DNA of 59,181 bases, the filler included, from Porpidia crustulata (lineage: Eukaryota): the NCBI GenBank assembly GCA_964255105.1. It is 2 parts of 2 records of this genome, joined end to end, with 100 filler letters (N's around TTAATTAATTAA, not from the genome) between each part and the next. Parts side by side here need not be neighbours in the genome. Positions count along the whole stretch, not along the records: positions 29,886 to 59,181 come from CAXUWE010000026.1; 1 more part is not named here. One strand, 5' to 3'. Of this stretch, positions 41,318 through 52,775 are shown piece by piece (the stretch's first letter is position 1; every line of letters starts with the position of its first letter). Below the pieces are notes generated by a model. That model saw only the letters and a program-made list of their open reading frames with translations, was not told the origin of the DNA and searched no databases. Both the position numbers and the translations under genes were made by a program.

Positions 41318-43378
41318 ATGGCTATCACAGCACCTACACCAAGGCACACGTTCACTGAGCGTGCTGCAGCGGGCAACCTGAACGACGCTGAGATCCTCAA
41401 CTCCAACAATGCAGCTGGTTCGGATCCGCCCGAAGACTCTGACGTTGTCGTCGCCGGTGGTGGCATGCATGGTCTCATCTACGCCATCCACTCGGCCAAG
41501 TACAAGCCAGGCAACCTCAAGATCTCACTCATGGAAAAGAGCGCCAAGCCAGGATACAAGATCGGCGAGAGCACCCTGCCTCTGTTCTCGTTGTGGTGCA
41601 AGATGCACGGTCTCACAGGCGAGTATCTCCTGCGTCTCTTCGGCCTCAAGGACGGACTGTCCTTCTACTTCCTCGATCGGGAGAACCAAGGCAAGTACAC
41701 CGACTTTGCCAGCAATGGCACGCCAGGCCTCTTTCTGAGCGGCTTCCAAATCGAGCGGACCATCAGTGAGCTTCTCTTGACAGTCCTTGCACAACGGAGT
41801 GGTGTCAATGTATACCATGGAAGGCAAGTCGACTTTAATGCCAGTAAGATTCAAGGTGGTGTCGAGAGTAATAAAGTTGGAATTGCCCAGGGCAAGCATG
41901 ACGGCAAGCCGGCGGTAACGATTGACTCTTCGCTCCTTGTTGATGCGACAGGCCGATTCCGCCAGCTAGCTTCGAAGAACGCTCCTATCCACCGTTTCGA
42001 TGGTTGGAATTACGACGGCTTCTGGGCTTATTTCACGTGCCCGAAAGATGAGAGCAAGATTCCTCTCCGTTTCTACGAAGGTCTACACACCAACCACCTA
42101 TGCTTTCCCGAAGGTTGGGCCTGGGTCATTCGCTTCGCCTCGTGGGAAGGTAGCCCGATTGCCAACTTGATGGACATGATTTCGTATTTGCTCGACTGTG
42201 CCGAGGCTGGGATTCCGGGCGACCAAGTCCCAAGCTCAGAGGAGCTCGCTAAGATGTTTGGACTCAAGTTCCGTTGGCTGACAAGCATTGGCTTTGCCGT
42301 CCGTAACGACGTCAAGTACCCCGAAGACATGTCTCAATACGGAACCAAGGAAGGGGAGCGTAAATTCAACTACTTTGTCCAAAAGTACGATGTCATCAAG
42401 GAGTTCATGACCAACTTCGAGCTGATCGATGACCTCTACGGCCCCAACACGACTTGGTTCATCCGCAAGTCGTTGACATATCAGTCTCCCGTCGTCTCCG
42501 GCCCAGGCTGGCTCGCCATTGGCGACGCATGCGGTTTCACCAACCCGCTCCATTCCCCTGGCATCACGGCCGCCATGTCCACCTCAACGTACGCCGCCGA
42601 GCTCACGCACACGGCCCTCGAGACCGCCCAGAGAGCCGACAACGCCGAGGCCGCCGAGCTCTCGATCCGCAAAACCCTGGCCCCCTACGACGACTTTACC
42701 AAGCGCCTGTACCCGGCGCTCAACCAGATGAACCGCTTCAACTACGTCTGCTTCCGGGAGCCCCGCCTTGGCCCGCAGGTCTCCTGTCTCTGGCAATTCT
42801 TCGCCGGCATCGGCATCCCCGACTGGCAGCTGATCCGACAAGACTACAACCTGACCTTCCAGACCTACGTCCCGCACTCGGTCAACTGGGCCTGGGGCTC
42901 CATGGTCCCCGAATACGACGCCGTCGCCCGCAAAGCCATCAAGCTGATCGCGCCCATCCCACTCGCCGACCCCGTCCCCGACGCCGTCGTGCGCGAGCTC
43001 CTCGCGTTCTCGAACCGCATCAAGGACACCGCCGTGGCGTCGAACCGCTTCAACTTCCGCTGGGACGGCCTGCTGCGCTACTACGACATCTGCCTCAACT
43101 ACAGCGAGGCCAAGACGACCAAGGACAAGTTCGCCCGCCAGTGCGCCGGCTGCGCGTCCTGGCTCGTGCTCCGGCCCGACTGGCGCAAGTGCTACTCGTG
43201 CGGCTTGGAGCGCTCGGCCGAGGAGGCCGCCATCACGTGGAATCCGCCGTTAGCGGTGGATGAGGTTAAGGCGCTCGTGAGGGCGTCGGACGCCAAGCCC
43301 GCTGCGAGGCGGGAGAGGGAGGAAGCCGCGGATGCGGCGCCTGCTTTTGCTGCACTACCGACGGAGGTGGCTGTGTAG
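41318..43378 (+). CDS. Zn-binding flavin-dependent halogenase, MalA-like; intronless
   Basis: GGGMHG Rossmann motif, YKIGES, LFGLKDGL (catalytic Lys), DATGR, the halogenase WxWxI motif as WAWVI, GDACGFTNPLHSPGI and a C-terminal CAGC-x12-CYSC. By recall it is collinear with malbrancheamide halogenase MalA along its length. Confidence 0.9.
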   Translation: MAITAPTPRHTFTERAAAGNLNDAEILNSNNAAGSDPPEDSDVVVAGGGMHGLIYAIHSAKYKPGNLKISLMEKSAKPGYKIGESTLPLFSLWCKMHGLTGEYLLRLFGLKDGLSFYFLDRENQGKYTDFASNGTPGLFLSGFQIERTISELLLTVLAQRSGVNVYHGRQVDFNASKIQGGVESNKVGIAQGKHDGKPAVTIDSSLLVDATGRFRQLASKNAPIHRFDGWNYDGFWAYFTCPKDESKIPLRFYEGLHTNHLCFPEGWAWVIRFASWEGSPIANLMDMISYLLDCAEAGIPGDQVPSSEELAKMFGLKFRWLTSIGFAVRNDVKYPEDMSQYGTKEGERKFNYFVQKYDVIKEFMTNFELIDDLYGPNTTWFIRKSLTYQSPVVSGPGWLAIGDACGFTNPLHSPGITAAMSTSTYAAELTHTALETAQRADNAEAAELSIRKTLAPYDDFTKRLYPALNQMNRFNYVCFREPRLGPQVSCLWQFFAGIGIPDWQLIRQDYNLTFQTYVPHSVNWAWGSMVPEYDAVARKAIKLIAPIPLADPVPDAVVRELLAFSNRIKDTAVASNRFNFRWDGLLRYYDICLNYSEAKTTKDKFARQCAGCASWLVLRPDWRKCYSCGLERSAEEAAITWNPPLAVDEVKALVRASDAKPAARREREEAADAAPAFAALPTEVAV

Positions 43379-43751
43379 ATGATCCGTTGACTTTGTATTC
43401 TAATGACGCTGTGGTCTTCTGATTTCACTGTGGGTGTCCTTAATTTATGCTGTGGGTGGGGATGAATGAATCAACGGTTTATGCGCTTTCGGATTATTGC
43501 TGGTCACGAGATCTGACGTGTGAGGAGGATGGACAGAATGCTGCTTCTCGGGCTTGGCGCGGTTGTATGTAGAATAGAAGCTAGAGAAGAATATGTGAAA
43601 GATGACTACGCTTTCCCGTGAGAAAGTGATAGTCAAGCAATTGGGTCACTGAATAATTTTCTCCATCTTGAAATCACCAAAACCCCCAAATCTATTAGAT
43701 TGACCTCAAAAACTCCCACAACTCTACGCTTCCAATCCTACGCTTCCAATC

Positions 43752-46310
43752 TCACATGCATTGCCGATGCAGCGCCAATTTATTCCTCGCCAGCGGCGAT
43801 GTCGCTTGCAACGCCTCCAACTCGCTCATGACGGTATTGACATGCCACTGCAGCACGCTGACCTTCTCCCGCCCGAACCGGCCCGTCCACGAGCCACTCC
43901 CGTTGCCGTTCGCGGCGTGATAAGGGGGAAAGCTCTCCACCGAGCGTTCGGCATATGGGTAAAAGTCGTTCGCGGAGGCGCTGCCGGGAGACGAGTTGAC
44001 CGCCGCTGCCCTCGACATCGGTCTGGAGGCGCTGGCGTTGGCATTGGCGTTGGCGTGCTTATTCGGTATGAGCAGGCCCAGCCCGTCGGCGGATTGCGAC
44101 GCGTGGAGCAGAACGTGACCGACGAGGGCGGCCGACGACGCGGGCTGGATGACGCGCCGGAAGGTGCCCGGGTAGGGGCGTTTTTCGCCGTTGGCGCCGC
44201 TGGCGAGGTCGATGACCATGCTCCGGGCGCCTTCACCGCCGAGGTTGACCATGTGCGGGGCGCCCATGCCGATGTTGCGGCACTGGGAGAGGACGAGGGT
44301 GCAGGCGTCGATGCAGGCGTCCATGCACATCATGCGCAAGGGCCCGGCGGCGGTGGCGTCGTGCATCAGGTGGAAGGCTTCGTGGCGGAAGAGTTTGAAG
44401 CGGATGAGACCGAGCTCGAGACTGAGGTGGACGTTTTGCACTTGGAGCGCTCGTTGGAGGGAGATCCGGTGCTCGTTTGACGTGTGGCTGCTGCCGCTTC
44501 CGTTGGCTCGCCCTCTTCCGTTGGCTCGCCCTCTTCCGTTAGCACTGCCGTTGACGTTATTGCTTGGACCGCTGTATTCTCCTCCCCGTCCGGCACAACC
44601 ACCGAGCAATTGATAGAAACCCAGCTTGTTACCTAGCGCATCCAGCTCAGAGCAAAGCTCGGCGGCTTGAGCAGGCAAGATGGGACCAGGGCGGATGATG
44701 CAATCCTCTGCCCTACGCGAGAGGCTGGCCAAGGTTAGCGCATATTCTAAAAAGTATCTAGTTTGACTCAATCTCTCCAAGTGTTCCGGTTCCGTTACAG
44801 GCGAGTGCGTTCCATCATCAGGAACCCCTGGAATCTTTGACGGAGGATCGCTGTGCATTTCGGGACGAATGAAGTAGCTGCCATTATGGTAAACGCCAGG
44901 TGACGTCCAGTCAAGAACACATAAAAACGACCAAAGCTGCCATCGCCATTCACGTTCTTCGAGTGGCACATCGTCATCGCAGGGCGAATCCAAAGAAGCT
45001 TCGGCAGCGGAAGAAATCGTATCAAGGTGCAGCTTGAGGTATTCGGAAGGCGCTGCAAACGACTGGGCGGCTAGAAGCAGTAGAATCTTGATGGCCACAA
45101 TCCTCAATAGTAAAGTCGGGGCATAAGTTGAAGCATGCCCTGCTTGTTGGAAATTCGTAAGAGAGTCGGCTGGAAAAGTCTGTGCTCTTGGTAACGCAGA
45201 CGTGGTCGCCTCAGCGCCAGAGGTGAAAGAGTCCAAGTCTAAGTCTGTAATCAAGGACCTTGCCTTTCTCCACAGATCTCTCGCAAACGCGTCAATATCG
45301 ATACGAGCAATGCCGAGCTCCTGTGCTTTGACCGCGTCAAGATTTACAGCAGCAAGACTTACCCATGCAAGGATAAGTGACACCTTGACGTCAAAATGAT
45401 TAAGAGAAACGGGCGAGCCACTATTCTCCACTCCTTTCCGTACTTGCTCCACTTCTTCGAGTTCAGAGACCAATTGGTAAACGTCAATAAATCCAATCAG
45501 CGATGCAGAAGCGTGAAGCTAACGACATTGAACGCCAAAGCAAGCTGTAAGCCAAACTACTGTTCTTTTGATTACACAGCAAAGTTAAACTCACGAATTG
45601 CGAAAACAAGCCCCACAATAAAGGACTTTCAGGAAGCAAGGCAGCAATTCGAGACTGCGTCCATCGTTTCCGATCAGGACTTTGTTGTGGAGAATCTGAT
45701 CCTGGAGATAACATAGAACACATGGTTAGAATGGGCTTCTTCCAGTAGACACTGGTAGAAGAACAACGAAGGGAGCTCGCACTACACCTACCAAGTAATG
45801 GACTTATATCTTGCGGCGTGCTCGGTTTGGCCGAAAGGCCTTCCAAAGATGCGGCTCTTTCCTTATATCGGATAGTCTCAATCAACTCTAAATTAGACGT
45901 TTTGAGCTCCTTGACTACTTCGGTGAGCTTCAAAATTAAGTTTGGAAGCTGTTCGAGGCTTTCTCGATTGTTTTTCCTACTCGAACCGAATGGCACGCCA
46001 GGATCAGTTGTCAAAAATCATTGAACCAAAAATGCCAAGCTCGGACGAGACGTAATTACTCTGGTCTCTGGCCTTCCTCCCAGGTACACGATTGACCTTC
46101 GCCTCGTGCCTGACAAGCGCCACAGGGATCGGAACGATCGCATTTAAGCTTCCGCCGTCTGCACGAGTGGCAGCTTAAAATCTTCTTGTCTTTACCCGTC
46201 TTCTGTGGCGGTTCAGGCTGTGGAGGAGCCGAGGGCCCCTGCGAATGACTGTTGGTGCTAGATGACGATGCTTCTGGAGCTCCATTAGGTACGTTTGTCT
46301 GCATCGTCAT
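43752..46310 (-). CDS. Zn(II)2Cys6 transcription factor 1
   Basis: CHSCRRRKLKCDRSDPCGACQARGEGQSC binuclear cluster and EREWRWQLWSFLCVLDW fungal-TF middle domain. Multi-exon; divergent from the MFS gene. Confidence 0.88.
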
Positions 46311-46725
46311 GTGCAGTGGTGGACTTGAGGTCTGCTTGTTTGACCAACAAGTAGTAAGGCGGATCAATGTCGGTGTTGCGGTGAGGGAGCGAGCAGGTAC
46401 CTAAGTACCTAAGAAACCCACGCGACTTCGTAAGGCTATCCTTATCTTATCTCGTATCTTAGCGCCAATCTGACGCGGAACCGTTTTGGGCTTCGGAGTC
46501 TAAGTGAGAATCCGCGGAGCTTTACAAGTCTCCGTACTTGCATACTCTACTCACGGTAGGCTTACCGTGCCGATGTCAAATCAAATCACAACAAAGTAAT
46601 TTAGGCCGGTGCCTTCAAAACGCCCACCTTCATCCCCCACACTTGATCCAACTTCATCTGGTACAGTAGATTCTTTTCCTACCGCCGGCGTCCACTTTGA
46701 TCCTCTCCACTTTGCAGAGGTCATA

Positions 46726-48330
46726 ATGTCTACTACCGGCGGATCTCCAATTCTACACGATGGAGCCCTCAGTAAAGAGGAATCAGAGCGATCCGATAAC
46801 ACCGTTGTAGGGGCTGGTGGCGCTGGCGAGCCGGACGCAATTGCTTCGCCTTCCAATTTTTCGTCTCCACTTCAAGAGGGTGTCTTTATCTTTGTCATTG
46901 GCTTGTCCCAGCTCTTTTCAGTCGGAGGTCTTGGAAATGCGGCATATTCGGTGGAAGAGATCGGTCGTTCTCTCAACGCGACCAGCAACGGACAAACGTC
47001 GTGGTTCCTGGCAGCATACTCGCTGGCCGGTGGTGTCTTTGTCTTGATCACTGGACGGCTGGGAGACCACTTCGGCCATAAGTATGTCTTCATGTTCGGA
47101 TGGTTCTGGTTGGCCATCTGGTCTCTTATCTGCGGCTTCGCACACAATGTCATCCTCTTCGACTTTGCCCGAGCAATGACTGGTATCGGCAATGGCGCCC
47201 TGGTACCCAACTCGTTTGCTCTCTTGGCGCGAGCGTTCCCGCCCTTTTCGACCAAGAAGAACATTGCATTTGCTTTTCTTGGCTTCTGCGCTCCTTCGGG
47301 TTACATCTTTGGTGGTCTCATTGGTGCTGCATTTGCTCAAAAAGTTACCTGGCAATGGGGCTTCTGGTTCTGGGCGATTGGCTCCCTATTCCTCGGCATT
47401 GCGACTTTTGTCATTGTTCCACACCGCATTGGCTCCCCATTGCCTGGACTCAGTTTCAAGCAATTTGACTACATTGGCACCTTTCTCGGCCTATCCGGTC
47501 TCATCTTCTTTGCCTTTGCATGGAATCAAGCATCTGTGGTTGGCTGGCAAGTGCCTTACACGTACGCCCTTCTCATTGTCGGCATCGTCTTCATCGTGGC
47601 CTTCGCCTATTCTCAGTCACACGCCTCGGCACCAGTCTTACCCAACACGCTCTGGACACGCAAAGGATTCTCTCCTATCGTGATAGCGATGTCTTTTGGC
47701 TGGATGTCCTTTGGCATTTTCCTTTATTACACGACCATCTTCATCCTCACAATACACAAGGAAACCCCTCTCGCTGCCGTAGCAGAAATGACCCCTCTAG
47801 TCATCGGAGGCATCTTTGCCACGGCATCGGTCGGCATTTTCATTCAAAAGGTTCCAGCTCAGTACATCTTTGGCGTTTCCATGTTCTCGTTCTTCTTCGG
47901 TAACCTAATGATGAGTTTTGCCGAGTACTCCAAAGTCTATTGGGCCTTTATCTTTCCAGCTTGCTTCTTCGTCGTCGGAGGACCGGACCTTTCCTTCGCC
48001 TCGTCTGGTATTCTCATCTCCAACGTGGTCATGCCAGAGGAGCAAGGTGTGGCCGGGTCGTTCATCTCAACGGTGGTGCAATACTCGATTGCCGTCGGCC
48101 TCGGTATTGCTGCCACGGTAGAGTCGCACGTCAATAAGGGTGGCCGCGATCTTGTTCGTGGGTATCGTGGTGCCTTCTGGCTCGGCATGGGATTTGCAGC
48201 TGTCGCCTTCTTTGTGGTTGTGATTTTTGTTCGTGATCACCGCTTCGATGGGGTGAAGAATGCCGAGAAGGAGGTCAACGGTAGTCATGACACCATTGAA
48301 GAGGCTGCAGCAGTGAAAGGCGACTTCTGA
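46726..48330 (+). CDS. MFS drug:H+ antiporter, DHA2 (Atr1-like, ~14 TMS); intronless
   Basis: SWFLAAYSL, motif A GRLGDHFGHK, ARAMTGIG, FDYIG and EEQGVAGS, with many hydrophobic segments. Confidence 0.92.
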   Translation: MSTTGGSPILHDGALSKEESERSDNTVVGAGGAGEPDAIASPSNFSSPLQEGVFIFVIGLSQLFSVGGLGNAAYSVEEIGRSLNATSNGQTSWFLAAYSLAGGVFVLITGRLGDHFGHKYVFMFGWFWLAIWSLICGFAHNVILFDFARAMTGIGNGALVPNSFALLARAFPPFSTKKNIAFAFLGFCAPSGYIFGGLIGAAFAQKVTWQWGFWFWAIGSLFLGIATFVIVPHRIGSPLPGLSFKQFDYIGTFLGLSGLIFFAFAWNQASVVGWQVPYTYALLIVGIVFIVAFAYSQSHASAPVLPNTLWTRKGFSPIVIAMSFGWMSFGIFLYYTTIFILTIHKETPLAAVAEMTPLVIGGIFATASVGIFIQKVPAQYIFGVSMFSFFFGNLMMSFAEYSKVYWAFIFPACFFVVGGPDLSFASSGILISNVVMPEEQGVAGSFISTVVQYSIAVGLGIAATVESHVNKGGRDLVRGYRGAFWLGMGFAAVAFFVVVIFVRDHRFDGVKNAEKEVNGSHDTIEEAAAVKGDF

Positions 48331-48906
48331 GATGATGTGACCTTCGGGTAGCTTACAATTTTGGTTCCATTGACCTTGTCTACACTCCGCACGACTCGAC
48401 GCTTCGTCTAGAAATAGGTTAGCTTGCAGCAACAACAAACATATTACTCTAGAATTTCCAGACAGACATGCTATGGAAATTACAACTGCCGCAACAACTT
48501 GGATCTCACGGCAGGACACCTTACACTCTTTGACATCTGAGCGTCACTCCCCAGCCACAAGAAGCCTCATTCAAAAGAGAAGCGCATATCCAATTCTGCG
48601 GCACTAGCTACTTAGTGGTCTAAGCACAATTGGCGCACGTCATCGCCGTAACATCCCCTCCCCCTCAATGGGACGGCTAACCGACTTCATGAGGCTAGCC
48701 CTAACCCTAGATTAGCCGTCTCTCTCTGGCTCGTATCGGCTCGGTCCGCGGACGCTACAAAACTCCACGGATTCCGGCCAAAGTCCGGTTGCTTGGCACT
48801 CTATATACATACCTTACTTGAGAGATAAGGAAGTGTGATGGTTGTTGGTACGAGTCTGAATTTGCACTTTAGATTGTGAAGTCAAAATAAGCAGAAAAGA
48901 TCAAAA

Positions 48907-49713
48907 ATGCCGACACACCGCATCCTCTCACTGGTGTACGACGGGTTCGAGGCGCTAGATCTCTTTGGGGCCCTGGGTGCCATCGTCCCACGCAGCGACT
49001 ACTACACCCTCAAGCTGGTTAATATCCACAATCTGGGTGCACCGCACGGGCTGGAATCCTCCATCAGGAATGGTATCGGCACTTTGCCCAGCCTTTCATT
49101 GGCCGAAGCGCTCAAGGAAGAGGGGCAGATTGACACCCTCTTTATCCCTGGAGGGTTCGGTATGTTGCCGTTGGTTTGGGAGCCCTTTTCGCTGCAGCAG
49201 ATTGGTCAGCTTGTCGACCGTGCCGCCAACGTCTTTACCGTCTGCACTGGATCCATCCTGTTGGCTGCCACCGGTCGGCTCGACGGTCGCAAGGCAACCA
49301 CAAACAAGCGCCTTTATGAGGAGATAACACCAAAGTGTACGTGTTGTGGGTCACCGTAGCTGTCGCTTTCGTTCACATTGACCTTACATCTAGACCCTGG
49401 CGTCCAATGGCAACAGCGTGCTCGCTGGGTACAAGAGGGCAAGTTTTTGACCTCTTCGGGGGTGACGGCGGGTATTGATGCCGCTTTTGCTTTCATATCC
49501 AACACTTGGGTTTCCCCCGAGGATCGTAAAGCCAACCCCACTCCACAACAAGCAAGTGCCGAGGGAGATGCAACGGCTATCCCAGGCTTCAACAAAGAAA
49601 AAGCACTGGGACATGCCCACTTTGTTGCATTTGGTTTGGAATACCGATGGCACATGGATCCCGCTGACGATCCATTTGTCGATTCGCCTAAAGGCACTAA
49701 TGGTACTCTGTAA
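48907..49713 (+). CDS. DJ-1/PfpI (ThiJ) family protein, isocyanide-hydratase-like
   Basis: YDGFEALDLFG, LFIPGG, nucleophile elbow VCTGS, GRLDGRKATTNK and RWVQEGKFLTSSGVTAGIDA. Intron 49337-49393. Confidence 0.88.
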
Positions 49714-49988
49714 ATACGTTTCTCTGAAGTTTCACAAATTAGTTCTATGTCTAACCAAGAAACACTTGAAAGATGTGGCTGTATATTTTCTTTTTTGCGT
49801 TGCCCTAACATGATCTGCATTCAACAAATTGACGAGGATGTGACGTACCTAAAAAGAGAGAGGAACGGTGACTTTGACAACCGCTCTACTTGCATAGACT
49901 CAAAGAGAGGCGACGAGTCGTTTCATTCGCACTATCTACTATTTCGTAAGACAGGCCACGAGAATTGCTGCGTGCCAAAGGACCCAAG

Positions 49989-52775
49989 CTACAGGGAGGA
50001 GCGGCTACCGTCACCCGAGGCATAGGTTAATAGAAACTTGGCTGCTACATATGCATCAGCGCTTGAAGGTGTCGTTGCAGCTTCGCTTCTCCCGCTCAAC
50101 TTGGTAGGTCCGCTCGCTATAGACGAAGGTGACGCATGTATGACCCGAGTGCCATCGATATTGCTATACACATCGCCAAACTCCGGTGTTCCGAAGCTGC
50201 TCAATGACTGCGCCGCGCCGGAAGACTGCCTAAGTGGTACCAAGCCGGATAGGTTTTGCATGTCTGCTGTAGCCGAAAAATAACCATTCTCGGTGGGAGA
50301 TTTAGGAGTAGCGATCTCCAAAGATTGCCAAAAGTCGTAGCCCGGATCGTTGGAGAGCATTGGTAGCACATCAAAGTCTTGGAATCCACCAGTAGTGGTT
50401 GCTAAAGGCATAGACATGTCCAGAGCGAATATCGAGTTTAGATTGGCTTCCTCCGCTGTCGTACTTGCGTTTAGGGTATTTCCTTGAAGACTGTCCAAGG
50501 TATCCATGACTTTGTTCTTGAGTGATTTTCTTGCATTGCTGTCAGATCTTACTCCTTGTCCTCCTTGTCCTCCTGGACGGTTTCCTGTTGATTTTGCTCC
50601 ATTGCCTTCTTCGTTGTTGTCGGACTCCTCTTCCTCTAGCCTCATCAAGGCTTCGAGTGCAAGAAAACTTCGCCGAGTAGAGGCTTTGTCTTGTTCTAAT
50701 TGAGGGTCTTGTAGGGACGGTGGACCTTCTAAACCGTTTCGAGTCCGTAATAGCTCGATAGCTTCCCGGATCTTGTCTCTTGTCATTAATCGACTTAATT
50801 GGGCACCTGAACAATCTACACCTTTGTGCTTGGATGAGAATAGCAAATCAAGGATCAGTACAATAGCGGCGTTGAACAGCTGGGTTTCGCTAGTGGACAG
50901 AGAACCACAAACAGCGCACCGTGCTTGTATCTGCCCCTGAGAGCTGATAATGTTCTGTGCTAGCAGCTGACAGGATGAGCGGCCATCCTGTGACGAGAGA
51001 CTAGCCCGATGAAGTCTCAAGAAAAGACTCCATAGCTGCTGATGTAACATCCATCGCTGTACAGGTATTGCTGCCATGGGACCTGTTGAAGTGAGTCCCA
51101 TGGTGCTTCCCAGTCTAAAGTAAGACGGCAATCCAGCAACAAAGTTTTCATACTGTTTGTTCAGATGGTGTCGCATTTTTGCACCTTCAGTTGTCTTTTC
51201 TTGTCGTGGAGCTTGGCTAAAAGGACCGCGCAAGTCGATGGACTCGCGCGCGAAAGCTGCTATTTCTAAAGCGTGGACTGTATATGAGAGCATAGTGAAC
51301 TCGGATCGAGGCCGCTCAGTAATGTAGCCATGGACATTGATCGCCAATGTTGTGGGACAGAGATCGTCATCATTGATATGCAACGGCACCCGAGTGTTGA
51401 ACTGTGAGGGATGAATACTATAGTAATCCAGCGCTTGTCCGCGTGACCAATCTCGCATCACAAGTGCCCACCTATATTTCAAACAAATCAGAGATCAATC
51501 TCTAAAGCGAGGGTTTTGCGTTCAAATGACTTACCAGATACGAACACCGATTTCTGTTCGTACGTGAGGCGGCTCCGTCGACATTAACGGGCTATCTTCA
51601 GGGAAAGAGATGGGCGATGCAGACGCTACCAATTTTGCGTCACCCAGTCGATGTAAACCTAGTTTCTGGGCTCCAGAAATTGCGTTGACCAAGATAGCAT
51701 CGAGCGCTAAGGATCCCCCTTGGCCTTGGAGCAAAAGCATGATGGCAGCTTGTAGACTGGCAATTGAACCACAAAATAGTGAAACCTCTCCTTGAAGGCA
51801 ACGCAAGGCAAGTGACCTCCATGTCCTGGAGTGTACATCTGACGCTCGAACTTCTTCCACATAAAGAGTCAGAGGTGAAGGAGACCAGCCAAGTAGAGAT
51901 GGTGTGGGATGGAAGGCGAGAGCGAGCACGAGCTATAAAAGAGAACATGAGCGTACGCTTCATGTGCGGTATAGTGGAATACGCACCGCCAAGAGGTGAC
52001 AGGCAATTGCATCCATGGAAATCGTATTAGACAGGGCCGTGACTTGTGCTTCTGACGAAGCAAGACTCAAGCAGCCACAAAATGTTTCTGCATGCTTCAT
52101 AAATGTCGGTGTGTGTACAATGTTGCCCAGAGGACCTTGACAACGGGTAACGAAAACTTGGTAGAGGAGGCGAATCATGTCTAAACCGGGCATAGCATCG
52201 ACAATTTCTCGAATCAATGCAAGTTGTACACCTTGTCTTTGTGGATTATTGGCATTTAACCAGTACACATTGGGGTACTCTGGTGCCACATAGGATAATG
52301 TCTGTTTAGAGACAGCGGACGGGTAGGCGTTGGTGCGAGATGTTCCATCGACAAAGTCTTCGAGGACCTGCGCAGCCTCATCTGCTTCTGTTCCCTGGTT
52401 TTCCAATGCATTGCTGATAAAACAGACACATGTCAATGAGAGGTTCGTGAGGAGCCATCTTTGAGCAGAACTCACGTCTCCGGGTCCCTTCTACCACTGT
52501 TATCCGTCTTTGCCCTTTTTACCCTTGGCTGACGTTCGTCTTTGGTACAAAGATGGCCGACATTGCGCTTGACACATTCCATCTATATGAACAAGATCAG
52601 TCACAAAGTTGATGGTGCATCGAAACCGGCGACATACACATGGTTCCTCTCTGTCACATTTCAGCTTGGATGCTCTGCATCGAGCACATGACTGAGTAAA
52701 CTTGCGCACACCAGACTCCGAACTGAAAGAGGCTTTGGTGCTGGCGTGCCCGTCCTTTGAACTGTGGTCAACCAT
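49989..52775 (-). CDS. Zn(II)2Cys6 transcription factor 2
   Basis: CARCRASKLKCDREEPC|MECVKRNVGHLC, AQKLGLHRLG, EIGVRIW|WALVMRDW and PLHINDDDL fungal-TF domain. Multi-exon; divergent from ICS-TauD. Confidence 0.88.

Noticed and set aside
42454..43263. 269-aa alternative-frame ORF in the halogenase, and similar antisense ORFs in TF1 and ICS-TauD
   Set aside because: These are shadow ORFs caused by high GC3, with Arg/Pro-rich sequence and no motifs.
44495..44545. 18-bp tandem duplication (GRANGR repeat) in TF1, and a ~14-bp duplication at ~43724-43751
   Set aside because: Simple slippage repeats in low-complexity regions. There are no spacers, so this is not CRISPR-like.
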